From: a virus
Lineage: Duplodnaviria > Heunggongvirae > Uroviricota > Caudoviricetes
Virus record (IMG/VR): IMGVR_UViG_3300035208_008116
Coordinates: 9,539-73,538 of that record
Reading direction: 5' to 3' (one strand)
DNA: 64,000 nt
The notes below the pieces were generated by a model. It was not told the origin of the DNA. It did no database searches and was given only the letters and a program-made list of their open reading frames with translations. The position numbers and the translations under genes are program-made. Below, one piece after another: positions 55,641 to 64,000 of the stretch; positions within the stretch are counted from its first letter, which is position 1; each line of letters begins with the position of its first letter.

Positions 55641-55771
55641 CATGTTAGGACAGATTTTTTCATTCATTGGTTGGGGGATCCTTTGTTTCTGTTGGGTAGT
55701 TTTTTATATCCTTTATCTTCCCTTTGCTTTGATAATTATTCTTGGGATATTAATATTTAATAAAAATTAAC

Positions 55772-55948
55772 ATGGGAGGAAAAAGTCATGGAGAAAAAAT
55801 AAAAAAGTTCTTGGGTCTACATTCTCAGGGTAGAAAGAAGTTTGCTGCCGAGAAGGCTCTCCTAAGGGCAGAAAAGAAGCAAGAAAAAGAAATAAGGTCT
55901 GGGCGCAAAGGTCATAAGCCGAAACCTCGGGAGATCTTAAAAAAGTAA
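55772..55948 (+). CDS. small basic protein (58 aa, K/R-rich)
   Basis: ATG ORF; stop abuts next start. Confidence 0.3.
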   Translation: MGGKSHGEKIKKFLGLHSQGRKKFAAEKALLRAEKKQEKEIRSGRKGHKPKPREILKK

Positions 55949-55949
55949 A

Positions 55950-56171
55950 ATGAAAAGAAAAGAAGATTGGGAATTATTAAAGAATAAGAATTGGGTCGCC
56001 TTTGCGACGGCGATGACGATGGTACAACTTGTTCTATCATCCTTCTCTCAGATGGTCTTATTCTATCTTCTTGTTGGTTTCCTTGCGATGTTGATTGAAC
56101 AGGAGTGGAGGCGTCCATGGATAATCCTTCTTTGGCTCCCCTGGGGGTTTAAAATTTGTAATCAGGAGTAA
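55950..56171 (+). CDS. small membrane protein
   Basis: two hydrophobic helices. Confidence 0.3.
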   Translation: MKRKEDWELLKNKNWVAFATAMTMVQLVLSSFSQMVLFYLLVGFLAMLIEQEWRRPWIILLWLPWGFKICNQE

Positions 56172-56172
56172 G

Positions 56173-56601
56173 ATGAAATCAGTATTAATTACATTCCCCC
56201 TTAGAGAGGTGTGCTGGAAATTTATTAAGTTTTTTGAATATACCCCGGATCCTTTTGGGGTTCCTCTTGAGACAAAATGGATAAAACCATATCTTAGTAA
56301 AAAGTCACTATCATCAATTGCCGAGAATAAGGACTTTGCGGATCTCGCCATCTTCGCTGATGACTTTTCTCACCTGTTTGTAGAACATGTCCCAGCTATC
56401 ATGGTGATGGTTCTTGAAATGGTCAAGGACTTAGAATCGACACAGAGCGTTGAGCAGGCCCACTTGCTGGAATGTGGTTTATGTTGGGTTATTTTTAATA
56501 ATTATGTTTCGAAGAGAGGAGTTAAAATTACGATGGAGGAATTGGATGAGGTGGTTAGTAGCTTCTTACTTTTTTTAGAAGAACATGCCCAAAGGATTTG
56601 A
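56173..56601 (+). CDS. hypothetical protein
   Basis: 142-aa ORF. Confidence 0.3.
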   Translation: MKSVLITFPLREVCWKFIKFFEYTPDPFGVPLETKWIKPYLSKKSLSSIAENKDFADLAIFADDFSHLFVEHVPAIMVMVLEMVKDLESTQSVEQAHLLECGLCWVIFNNYVSKRGVKITMEELDEVVSSFLLFLEEHAQRI

Positions 56602-56911
56602 TAAATGGCTCTCTCGGGAACAATTTTTTAACGAGGTTTCCAAAAGGGCTAATTATTTAGATAGTAAAACCATTGAATTGGTTTATTATGCGATAGTTAA
56701 AACTATTGTTAGTGAGTGTAAGACCTCTGGGGGGGTAAGGCTCCCCGACTTTGGGGATTTTACTTTCTCTTGGAGGAAGGAAAAGGGACTAATGGATGTT
56801 AATACCAGGGAATATATCCAGATTCCTCCCTATCGGATGATCAAATTTACCTTGGGTTATCGTTTGAGGGGGTACCTCAAACAACTAAGTGATCGATTGA
56901 AGACCCCTTAG
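56585..56911 (+). CDS. HU/IHF-family (DNABII) DNA-binding protein
   Basis: VRLPDFGDFTF...R...IPPYRMIKFTLGYRLRGYL matches HU beta-arm pattern. Confidence 0.55.
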   Translation: MPKGFDKWLSREQFFNEVSKRANYLDSKTIELVYYAIVKTIVSECKTSGGVRLPDFGDFTFSWRKEKGLMDVNTREYIQIPPYRMIKFTLGYRLRGYLKQLSDRLKTP

Positions 56912-56926
56912 GACTTATGCTATTAT
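56911..56926 (+). promoter_or_regulatory. class-II motif copy GGACTTATGcTATTAT upstream of 56946
   Basis: seen directly. Confidence 0.4.
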
Positions 56927-56945
56927 TACCCTAGTTCTTTGCCAA

Positions 56946-57596
56946 TTGAATACGGGGATAAATAATAATATGTCTAACGAACAAATAAAAAAGGCTTTTG
57001 GGGACGCCGAAAAAGAACTCCAACAAGAAGAAATTGACAAAATTAAGAGCATTGTCCGCTCTTACCTTGAAGAGATTCAAGATAAACAGGACAAGAAGAA
57101 CCGCAAACAAAAAGAGGTCGATGAGATTGACGAAGAGATTCGTCTTTTAAAGAAAGATCTCGATGATTTAAAGGCTGGGCGCCTTGATAAGATGGAAGAG
57201 CGCCAGAAAGTAGATAAGAGAGCTCGAGACATCTCAATTATTATCATTAAAAAGGTTGAAAAGGAGTATGTTCCTTACAAACCTTGGTATTCTCCTTACG
57301 ACATTACCTGGAATCCGAAGTACCAGTACATTGCCCCTAATAATGATGGGCAATGGTACACCAAATCAGACGCGGGGACTGTCACTACCACGTCTTCGTC
57401 ATGGGATTCTCCTTTGATGATGTTATCAGGGCCTCAAAGCCTTCTTGATAACAGTGCGTCGGCTTTCAATAGCAATGTAGTGAATTCTAACTCTCTGAAT
57501 CAGGTTATGGATAATATGATTAGGACAACAGGGTCACTAATGAGCAATTTTGTAGGAGGAAGTTACGATATTAATGGTAAAATTACAAATCTTTAA
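56946..57596 (+). CDS. coiled-coil protein (possible scaffold/structural)
   Basis: N-terminal heptads, S/N-rich C-terminus. Confidence 0.3.
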   Translation: MNTGINNNMSNEQIKKAFGDAEKELQQEEIDKIKSIVRSYLEEIQDKQDKKNRKQKEVDEIDEEIRLLKKDLDDLKAGRLDKMEERQKVDKRARDISIIIIKKVEKEYVPYKPWYSPYDITWNPKYQYIAPNNDGQWYTKSDAGTVTTTSSSWDSPLMMLSGPQSLLDNSASAFNSNVVNSNSLNQVMDNMIRTTGSLMSNFVGGSYDINGKITNL

Positions 57597-57679
57597 CAAT
57601 TAGCCCCCGTATTTCGTGCAGAGAACGCAAAAAAGAGGTAACTTTTTATAAGTTGGCCTCTTTTTTGGTGTGATAATTA

Positions 57680-57695
57680 GGACTTATGGTATACT
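57680..57695 (+). promoter_or_regulatory. class-II motif copy GGACTTATGgTATACT upstream of 57737
   Basis: seen directly. Confidence 0.4.
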
Positions 57696-57736
57696 TTGAG
57701 TGAGTTTTTAATAAAAATCTCTTAAATTTTAAAAAA

Positions 57737-60631
57737 ATGGCAACAAAACCTTTTGATCAATCCGCCTTTGACCAGTTAAATACATCGATGGGTGCCCTTG
57801 AGAGTTCTTTAGCCTCTTCTCCGACAGCCTATACTAATAATGTTGAGCCCACGAGGACTGATTTAAGTCAGGAGGCCCAACTAAAGAATATCCAGAATCG
57901 AATTGCTCAGATGGCCTCCCAAAAGAAGAGGGAGGAGTGGTATGGGCCAGACCAGAATGAAGAAAGTTCTACGGCAGGGACGAATGTTGGGCTAATAGGA
58001 AGAGGTTTGAATGCTCTTGCAACCCCCCTTTATGCGACAGTGGGGGGAGTAGAAGCAATTTTAGGAAAGGGAACCAAACAGGGATTTGCTAATATCGGTG
58101 CGAATATTACCGAGAAGGGGACTTTTGGAGATCTTTTGGAAAAATATGGGGCACCTCAGACAGGATTAGGAAAACTTTTATTTACGATGCCTTTGGGGCT
58201 GGCTTTAGATATCGCTGGAGACCCTGTCAGTATGGTGACAATGGGGACAACTTCACTGATTCCCCGTTTGGGGTATGGAGTAGTAAAGGGGTCTAAAGTT
58301 GGAGGGCTAGGGGCAGGATTAATGGCTGCCAAAGAAGGACTTGTCTCAAAAGCCGCTTCAGGAGCGAGCACGTCTTTGGGTTTGATGGGGGGGATTGCGA
58401 AAGCGGGGGAAAAACTTGGGAAAGTTGCTAAAGTGGGAGACATCACTTCTTCTAAACTTGCAGAGATGTCAAGTTCCTTGGGGAAGGTCGCCGCAAATAG
58501 AGCGGAACTTTATAACCAACTAGTGGGAAGAAATGTTTTGGATCTCGCAACGAACCCAAATAAGATTAGGGTGGGGGAATTATTTGAGGCAGGTTTGGAA
58601 AAGCTTCCTTATGGGAAGGACCTTGTCAGGACACTTTCTTATAACCCGGCAGAATGGTTTCGTGTCGCCAAGATTCGAGATAAAGTTGAGGCATTAGTCG
58701 ATATCGAGAAAAAAGGAGGAAATATTTCGAATCTTTCAGCTCTAAAAGGAATAGAAAAAGAAGATGCCATCACTGCCCTCTTCAAGGCGGCTGAGAGTAA
58801 TGCCCCAAAAAAGAGGGTTGTTTCAATTTTTAAAGAAGGGAAAGAGATCGGGGAGGATGTCGCCCAGAAGTGGAAGTCATTAGACTCTGTTGAAAATGCC
58901 CAGAGGTTACTTGGAGAGGCGGGGATTGAAGCGGAGTTGGATCAAATTAAGAAAGCTTATTCTCGCTTGGGGATGAATCAGACAGGCGTCCAATGGTATG
59001 ATGACGCAATTTCGAAAGCGAAGGAATTTAAAATAAAAAATGTCCCTGTTGTCGAAAAGATTTTAGATGCCTATGAGTCTTTTGTTAGTATTTTTAAGAC
59101 GAGTAAAATTGGGCTGAGTCCTGTAGCATGGACAAATGCAATTGTTGGAAACCCCACAATGGCCGCGATGGGCGGGGTTAATATTACTAATCCCAGATAT
59201 ATGCAATCGGTGAATGCTGCAAGAAAATTGCTTGCCGGAAACCAGTCTCCTGAATTTATAATGAAAGAATTGATAGAGAACCCCGCATGGAAGAGTTTTA
59301 TCGGAGAGTATCCGGGAGTATTCGAGAAGACCTTCGGCTTTAAAGGGGGGCTTTTAGGGACAAAAATAAAAGATATTTCTATGGGGGTGGCCAAAAAGGG
59401 TGAGACAGTCCCCTCTTCTATTACGGCCCAACTCTATAAGGATGTTGCTGCGGGAAAAGGGGTTTCCCCTTATCAGATGGCGACTGGGATGGGTGCAAAC
59501 GAATTTGCTTCTAGTAAGTGGCTAAACACTTTTAAAGAAGGGCTTGCAGAGAAGGCTGCTAAGGGTAGTTACTCTGCCAAAGTTTTGGATATTGCTTTAA
59601 ATACTTCCATGTCAAAATATGAGAGGATTGACCAATCTTTTAAATTGGGAACAGCTTTGCACCTCTCTAATAACGGAGTGGGTGAGGGGGAGTTACTAAA
59701 GTTGGCAAGGATTGTGAAGATGGACAAAATGGATATCACTAAAGTAGGGACAAAAACGGGGTTCCTTTATAAGCTTTCTCCAGAGAGAGCCACAGAGCTC
59801 GCGAATGAAATTTATATGAATTATGCTGCGATGCCCGGAGCGGTGAAGGTTTTAAGGTCTGCTCCCCTATTTGGAAGTCCTTTTGCCTCATTCCTTTATG
59901 CGATGGTGGGGAAGACAGCAAAGACAGCAGCTTATAATCCGGCGATCTTCAATAAGGTTAACTTCCTTTTGGATGAGGTGGCAGGGTCAAAATCTCCACT
60001 TGAGAAGAAAGCTCTTCAGCTCCAATATTATAAGTGGTTGAATACCCCTGGAATGATTCGGCTTCCCTTCTTTAATAAAAATCCAATCTATGCAAATGTT
60101 GCCAACATGATTCCTTATTACACGATGAACATGTTTACTCCCTCGGAAAGAAAATATAAGGATACCCTCCCAGGGACAATTATTAAAATGGTAGATAAGT
60201 CGCCTCTTTTTAAGGATCCGGTGGGACAGGTCTTATTTGACTATTTTGTCCAACCAATGATGTTAGCTGCCTCTAAGGATCCCTCAATGACTATCCAGGG
60301 ATCTTTCGGGCAACCTCTCTACCCGAAGGGTGCAACGACCGGGACGAAACTCTTTTATGCCTTAAGATCATTGGCTGAGGCCCCAGTTCCAGGCGTTGCC
60401 GCCTATGGAGGATATTTTCAAGGGGCATTAGCACCAGGAATTACTGAATATATGCCAAGTTACCGTTGGAGACAGATGGCCCAAGCCACTCAAGGAAAAA
60501 ATCAATTGGGGATTACTACTAAGGAAGCACCGTCCTCTCGAATGTTACGTTCGTTAGGTGGGTCGTTAGGTCTTCCTACACAACCAGTTGATCTTACGTT
60601 TTTATCAAATCAAATTAATAAAGGAAAATAA
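57737..60631 (+). CDS. large Gly/Ala/Lys-rich virion structural protein (function unknown)
   Basis: 964 aa; location upstream of terminase genes. Confidence 0.3.
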   Translation: MATKPFDQSAFDQLNTSMGALESSLASSPTAYTNNVEPTRTDLSQEAQLKNIQNRIAQMASQKKREEWYGPDQNEESSTAGTNVGLIGRGLNALATPLYATVGGVEAILGKGTKQGFANIGANITEKGTFGDLLEKYGAPQTGLGKLLFTMPLGLALDIAGDPVSMVTMGTTSLIPRLGYGVVKGSKVGGLGAGLMAAKEGLVSKAASGASTSLGLMGGIAKAGEKLGKVAKVGDITSSKLAEMSSSLGKVAANRAELYNQLVGRNVLDLATNPNKIRVGELFEAGLEKLPYGKDLVRTLSYNPAEWFRVAKIRDKVEALVDIEKKGGNISNLSALKGIEKEDAITALFKAAESNAPKKRVVSIFKEGKEIGEDVAQKWKSLDSVENAQRLLGEAGIEAELDQIKKAYSRLGMNQTGVQWYDDAISKAKEFKIKNVPVVEKILDAYESFVSIFKTSKIGLSPVAWTNAIVGNPTMAAMGGVNITNPRYMQSVNAARKLLAGNQSPEFIMKELIENPAWKSFIGEYPGVFEKTFGFKGGLLGTKIKDISMGVAKKGETVPSSITAQLYKDVAAGKGVSPYQMATGMGANEFASSKWLNTFKEGLAEKAAKGSYSAKVLDIALNTSMSKYERIDQSFKLGTALHLSNNGVGEGELLKLARIVKMDKMDITKVGTKTGFLYKLSPERATELANEIYMNYAAMPGAVKVLRSAPLFGSPFASFLYAMVGKTAKTAAYNPAIFNKVNFLLDEVAGSKSPLEKKALQLQYYKWLNTPGMIRLPFFNKNPIYANVANMIPYYTMNMFTPSERKYKDTLPGTIIKMVDKSPLFKDPVGQVLFDYFVQPMMLAASKDPSMTIQGSFGQPLYPKGATTGTKLFYALRSLAEAPVPGVAAYGGYFQGALAPGITEYMPSYRWRQMAQATQGKNQLGITTKEAPSSRMLRSLGGSLGLPTQPVDLTFLSNQINKGK

Positions 60632-60636
60632 ACAAT

Positions 60637-61137
60637 ATGGACCCAAATCAAATGAACTCAGGAACCTCTCCAGAAATGGGGACTCCAACTGCCCTCAACC
60701 AGGGGGTGCCGTCGCAGGGTACTCCCACCCAAGGGATGCCAAGTGACCCTAAAGCCGCGCTACAAGAATTGATGGCTGCCGTTGATGAAAAGATGGCGGG
60801 AGTAAACCAAAAAGCTTCAGTTGGTCAAGATATGGACCAGCAAGCAAAAGTTGAAATACTCCAGGTACTTTTTGACGTATTACAGAGGAATGGTATTGAC
60901 CCAAATGACCAAGAGGCAGTTAATGCTTTCTTGGAGCAATTAAAACAGGCTAGTCCAGAGGTTTATAATGCCTTTGAGACAGCCTTAAATAATATTTTAG
61001 ATACCTTTGGAGGTGAGACCCCTGAAGGGGTACCAGGGCAGAATCCCGCAGAGGCGTTTCCTAATTTAGGAGCCTCTCAACAGGGGATGCTCCAAGAAGA
61101 GCAAGGGCAAACTCCCCCCGTGGGGATGGTTGGATAG
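60637..61137 (+). CDS. hypothetical Q/P-rich protein
   Basis: 166-aa ORF. Confidence 0.3.
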   Translation: MDPNQMNSGTSPEMGTPTALNQGVPSQGTPTQGMPSDPKAALQELMAAVDEKMAGVNQKASVGQDMDQQAKVEILQVLFDVLQRNGIDPNDQEAVNAFLEQLKQASPEVYNAFETALNNILDTFGGETPEGVPGQNPAEAFPNLGASQQGMLQEEQGQTPPVGMVG

Positions 61138-61165
61138 TTGGATCGCTTAATTATGAAGAAATACA

Positions 61166-61843
61166 ATGGAATATTATGAAAAAAATTATGAAGATGTCTT
61201 TTCATCTGAGCGTTCTTTGAAAAAGTGCCCATTAGATGAGATCGAGATAAAAGACTTGACTTTGAAGGATTACCAGGAAACTTATCGGAAGTTTTTGACG
61301 GAGGCCTTTGATTTCTTCTTCTTAGCCATTGTTAGGCAAACATGGTTAAGGAGACATTTTGGAAAAAATGGTCAATATCTGGCAAAGAGTCAATCCAATC
61401 GCCATGATCTTGATAGGGCTTATAGCATATTTCTTAGACAGTATGTTGGTAAGGATTTTCGAATTCTTTCTCGTTGGTTTGCTTCTTATCGGGTAGCTAG
61501 TTACTTCGATGATTTTTTTCCAGAATTTATGGAAAGAAATCCTTTTGAGGAGCCAAACTACTTCCGGTTACCTTACTCCCACGTCTCGATAGATTTTCTT
61601 GTTGTCGTTTACCAAATGACAGAGAGGTTAGAACTCCTTGAAAAAGCGGAGAAGGATAAGATGAACTATAATGTATTCCTTGATTATGTTATCAATCATT
61701 CTTTGTCTTATAATGATTCCTGTGGAGAAGATAAGTATATTCCAATGGTCCCAGATTCTCAGTGTCCCCCGTATATTAAGAACTTGGAATTGCCGATAAA
61801 TAAACCAAAGAAGATTAAACGCTTAAAGAAATTGATAAAATGA
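61166..61843 (+). CDS. hypothetical protein
   Basis: 225-aa ORF. Confidence 0.3.
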   Translation: MEYYEKNYEDVFSSERSLKKCPLDEIEIKDLTLKDYQETYRKFLTEAFDFFFLAIVRQTWLRRHFGKNGQYLAKSQSNRHDLDRAYSIFLRQYVGKDFRILSRWFASYRVASYFDDFFPEFMERNPFEEPNYFRLPYSHVSIDFLVVVYQMTERLELLEKAEKDKMNYNVFLDYVINHSLSYNDSCGEDKYIPMVPDSQCPPYIKNLELPINKPKKIKRLKKLIK

Positions 61844-62358
61844 AAGAATTAAAACCAGTAACCTTTATTCAGGGGAGATACCACTTCAGTCGGCAGAATA
61901 CCTTTCAGCAGATGCTTCTGCTTAGGGCTTTGACGATAACCCAAGACCCTCAAAAACTCAGAGAAATGATGGGGGTTAAGAAAGTGGCAGATGTTTATCG
62001 GACATTGGATAAAATGGCATTAAGGAAAGAATATCATGACGCGCTCGCGAGAGAAGGCATCTCATTTGACTACATCATTCAAGGAATCAAAAAGGAGGCC
62101 GACGAAGGTTTTAAATCTAGTGATAGATTAAAAGCTTTCCAGATTCTTCTTAAGTCTCTCGGAATGGACAAGTATGAGGAAAAACAACTGACAGGAGGTA
62201 GTTGGGAGGATGAACTCTTAAGGGTTATGGAAAATCCAAAAAAGATTGAGAAGGCTGAAACTCCCATTCTCTACGAAGTGGCCACTCCAGCGATTCCTGA
62301 GTCGGCGAGGTTAATTAAGGAGCACGAGCAAGAAGAAGGGAAAAGTCTTTATGAGTAA
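61840..62358 (+). CDS. putative small terminase subunit
   Basis: position directly upstream of TerL with overlapping stop/start; no diagnostic motif. Confidence 0.25.
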   Translation: MKELKPVTFIQGRYHFSRQNTFQQMLLLRALTITQDPQKLREMMGVKKVADVYRTLDKMALRKEYHDALAREGISFDYIIQGIKKEADEGFKSSDRLKAFQILLKSLGMDKYEEKQLTGGSWEDELLRVMENPKKIEKAETPILYEVATPAIPESARLIKEHEQEEGKSLYE

Positions 62359-63802
62359 TAGTGAACAAAAAATTTCCAGGTTAAGGGACCCAAAATTTTA
62401 TTTGGAGAATTTTTGTATGATCAAAGGAAAGACTCCTGGCCTCATTCCTTTTATTCTGAATGAGGCACAGAAGGATCTCTTCAATACGATCATGACTAGT
62501 CCTCGTACGATTATTCTCAAGGCAAGACAAATTGGTTTTTCGACAGCAACTACCGGGTTCTTTTATCACAACACGATAATGAATCCTGGAACAACAACAG
62601 CCCTAATTGGCTACAACTCAGATCTTACTTCAGAACTCCTTGATAAGGTTAAGACCTTTTATCGGAGTACCCCTGATGATCTTAAGCCAGCTCTTCACTA
62701 TAACTCTAAATATGAGATTAGTTTCCCTAAGATTGACTCAAAGATCCTAGTGCTTCCTTCAACTGAGAACGTCGGTCGAGGCTATACTCTTCACAATGTG
62801 TTGGCTACCGAACTTTCGGCTTGGGAAAAGGCAGAAGAGAAGATGATGGTTTTGGAAGCTTCTGTTCCGGTAGAAGGAAGAATCGTAGTGGAATCAACTC
62901 CTCGGGGGCAAGGTAATCTTTACCACAAGATGTGGATGGCTGATGATACTGGCTATGCAAAGAAGGAGTATGGGTGGTGGTGGCTTTATACCGAAGAAGA
63001 GATTGAGACAATCAAGAAGAGGATGAATAACCCCCTTAAGTTTGCTCAAGAGTACGGGCTTGAATTCTTGTCTTCTGGTCGACCAGTTTTTGATTCTGCC
63101 TCTTTGCAAAAGCAGAGAAAAAATCAAGTGGCTGTGGGGGAGGAGGTTACGAGTCGTGATGGGGATGTGGAGATAGTTAAGGTTATCGATCAGCTCCGAA
63201 TTTATTTTGACCCTAGACCAGGAAGAATATATGTTATGGGCGTTGACGTTGCGGAGGGTGTCACTGGTGGAGACTATTCTGTTGTTACTATCTGGGATCG
63301 TATTTCGGGGGAAGAGGTCGCTTTTTACAGGGGGTTAATTGCTCCTGATATGTTTGCTACTGCCCTTGATAAATGGGGACGAAAATATAACAACGCTTTG
63401 ATGGTTGTTGAGATCAATAACCATGGGCTAACGACGGTTACTTGCCTTAAGCAGTTAGTTTATCCTGCCCTTTACTTCCGTCCTTCAAAATTTGAAGGAA
63501 TTGGAATGAGTTGGAGTGATAAACTTGGTTGGAAGACAACAAAGTTGACGAGGCCCTTACTTATTGATGATTTTGCTCAAGCAATTAGGGATGATCTTTT
63601 AATAATACACAGTAAAGAGATTTTGGATGAGATGAATGTCTTCGTTTATGACGCTAATAATAACATGGTTCCGATGGAGGGGTTCCATGATGACTGTATT
63701 TTTTCTAGCGGTATCGCTTTCCAAGGATTCAAAGTTTTATATGATAAGCCGTTAACCCAGGTCGATTATGAATACTATTTACCCAAGAGTTCAAATTATT
63801 AA
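62351..63802 (+). CDS. terL: terminase large subunit
   Basis: Walker A variant LKARQIGFST, coupling LATELSAW, C-terminal RNaseH-like nuclease acidic residues (VMGVDVAEG...). Confidence 0.7.
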   Translation: MSNSEQKISRLRDPKFYLENFCMIKGKTPGLIPFILNEAQKDLFNTIMTSPRTIILKARQIGFSTATTGFFYHNTIMNPGTTTALIGYNSDLTSELLDKVKTFYRSTPDDLKPALHYNSKYEISFPKIDSKILVLPSTENVGRGYTLHNVLATELSAWEKAEEKMMVLEASVPVEGRIVVESTPRGQGNLYHKMWMADDTGYAKKEYGWWWLYTEEEIETIKKRMNNPLKFAQEYGLEFLSSGRPVFDSASLQKQRKNQVAVGEEVTSRDGDVEIVKVIDQLRIYFDPRPGRIYVMGVDVAEGVTGGDYSVVTIWDRISGEEVAFYRGLIAPDMFATALDKWGRKYNNALMVVEINNHGLTTVTCLKQLVYPALYFRPSKFEGIGMSWSDKLGWKTTKLTRPLLIDDFAQAIRDDLLIIHSKEILDEMNVFVYDANNNMVPMEGFHDDCIFSSGIAFQGFKVLYDKPLTQVDYEYYLPKSSNY

Positions 63803-63819
63803 TTAAAAAATAAAAAAAT

Positions 63820-64000
63820 ATGGAAAAAGTAACAAAGCAGCAAATTCTTAAGAAAATTGTCTCCACGGCGGGGGCAAGAGAGGTTGGAGATAAAATCGGC
63901 GCCAATTGGAAAAATATAAATCTTGGGCAATTTAGTCAAGGCCTAAAGGTCGAAACAGAACATAAGGATATCACAAAAGGGTGTCCAATATTAACGGGAA
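63820..64000 (+). CDS. hypothetical protein, 3'-partial (likely first structural gene after terminase)
   Basis: ATG at 63820, ORF open to window end. Confidence 0.3.
   Translation, partial: MEKVTKQQILKKIVSTAGAREVGDKIGANWKNINLGQFSQGLKVETEHKDITKGCPILTG

Noticed and set aside
1-64000. CRISPR array or cas genes
   Set aside because: No regularly spaced direct repeats with unique spacers were found. The only tandem repeats are the 3x 20-bp unit at 13017-13090 and the in-gene iterons.

Overview
This window reads as part of a large (probably jumbo) dsDNA phage genome (or prophage). It is AT-rich (~38-40% GC), densely coded, uses the standard code, and most genes lack a Shine-Dalgarno sequence. Gene orientation switches four times: + up to ~1.56 kb, - 1.55-26.2 kb, + 26.5-36.9 kb, - 37.0-47.2 kb, + 47.8-64.0 kb.

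Modules I can support from sequence:
- 1.5-12 kb (-): DNA repair/recombination (SbcC, SbcD, RuvC-like resolvase, RecA), two small SAM methyltransferases and a peptide deformylase.
- 12.8-15.5 kb (-): an accessory array of tiny genes whose junctions carry a repeated ~22-bp motif, with a duplicated gene pair.
- 16-21.3 kb (-): Fic, HNH endonuclease, methyltransferase, PrimPol-helicase, and an HTH initiator-like gene with internal iteron-like repeats.
- 21.8-26.2 kb (-): tRNA-Trp and tail-fibre genes.
- 26.5-36.9 kb (+): an early block with metallophosphoesterase, PD-(D/E)xK nuclease, MerR-like regulator, SNF2 helicase, SPFH protein, C2H2 zinc-finger protein, CAP-like protein, SLT transglycosylase, GroES, tRNA-Met, a glycosyltransferase-like protein and glutaredoxin.
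- 37-47.2 kb (-): HExxH peptidase, a class-II glutamine amidotransferase plus glutamine-synthetase-fold amidoligase pair, and many small unknown genes.
- 47.8-64 kb (+): a sigma-70 region-4-like protein, GroEL, a type IV pilin-like protein, a GC-richer tRNA-Tyr island, a Ro60 (TROVE-vWA) homolog with flanking noncoding candidates, HU, a 964-aa structural protein, and small and large terminase subunits.

Regulatory signals found by eye:
- Six copies of a near-consensus sigma70 promoter (TTGCCA-17 bp-TATAAT), each preceded by a DnaA-box-like TTATCCACA and mostly giving leaderless mRNAs.
- A second recurring motif, GGACTTATG-N-TAnnnT.
- A third junction motif, TTAACCCCTAACAA(A/G)TAAAGAGATG.
- Several rho-independent terminators.

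The most interesting candidates are the Ro60 gene with a 600-bp promoter-driven, ORF-free, highly structured upstream region and a downstream tRNA-like cloverleaf; the amidotransferase-amidoligase-peptidase cluster; the cassette-like small-gene array; and the DnaA-box-containing early promoter family.
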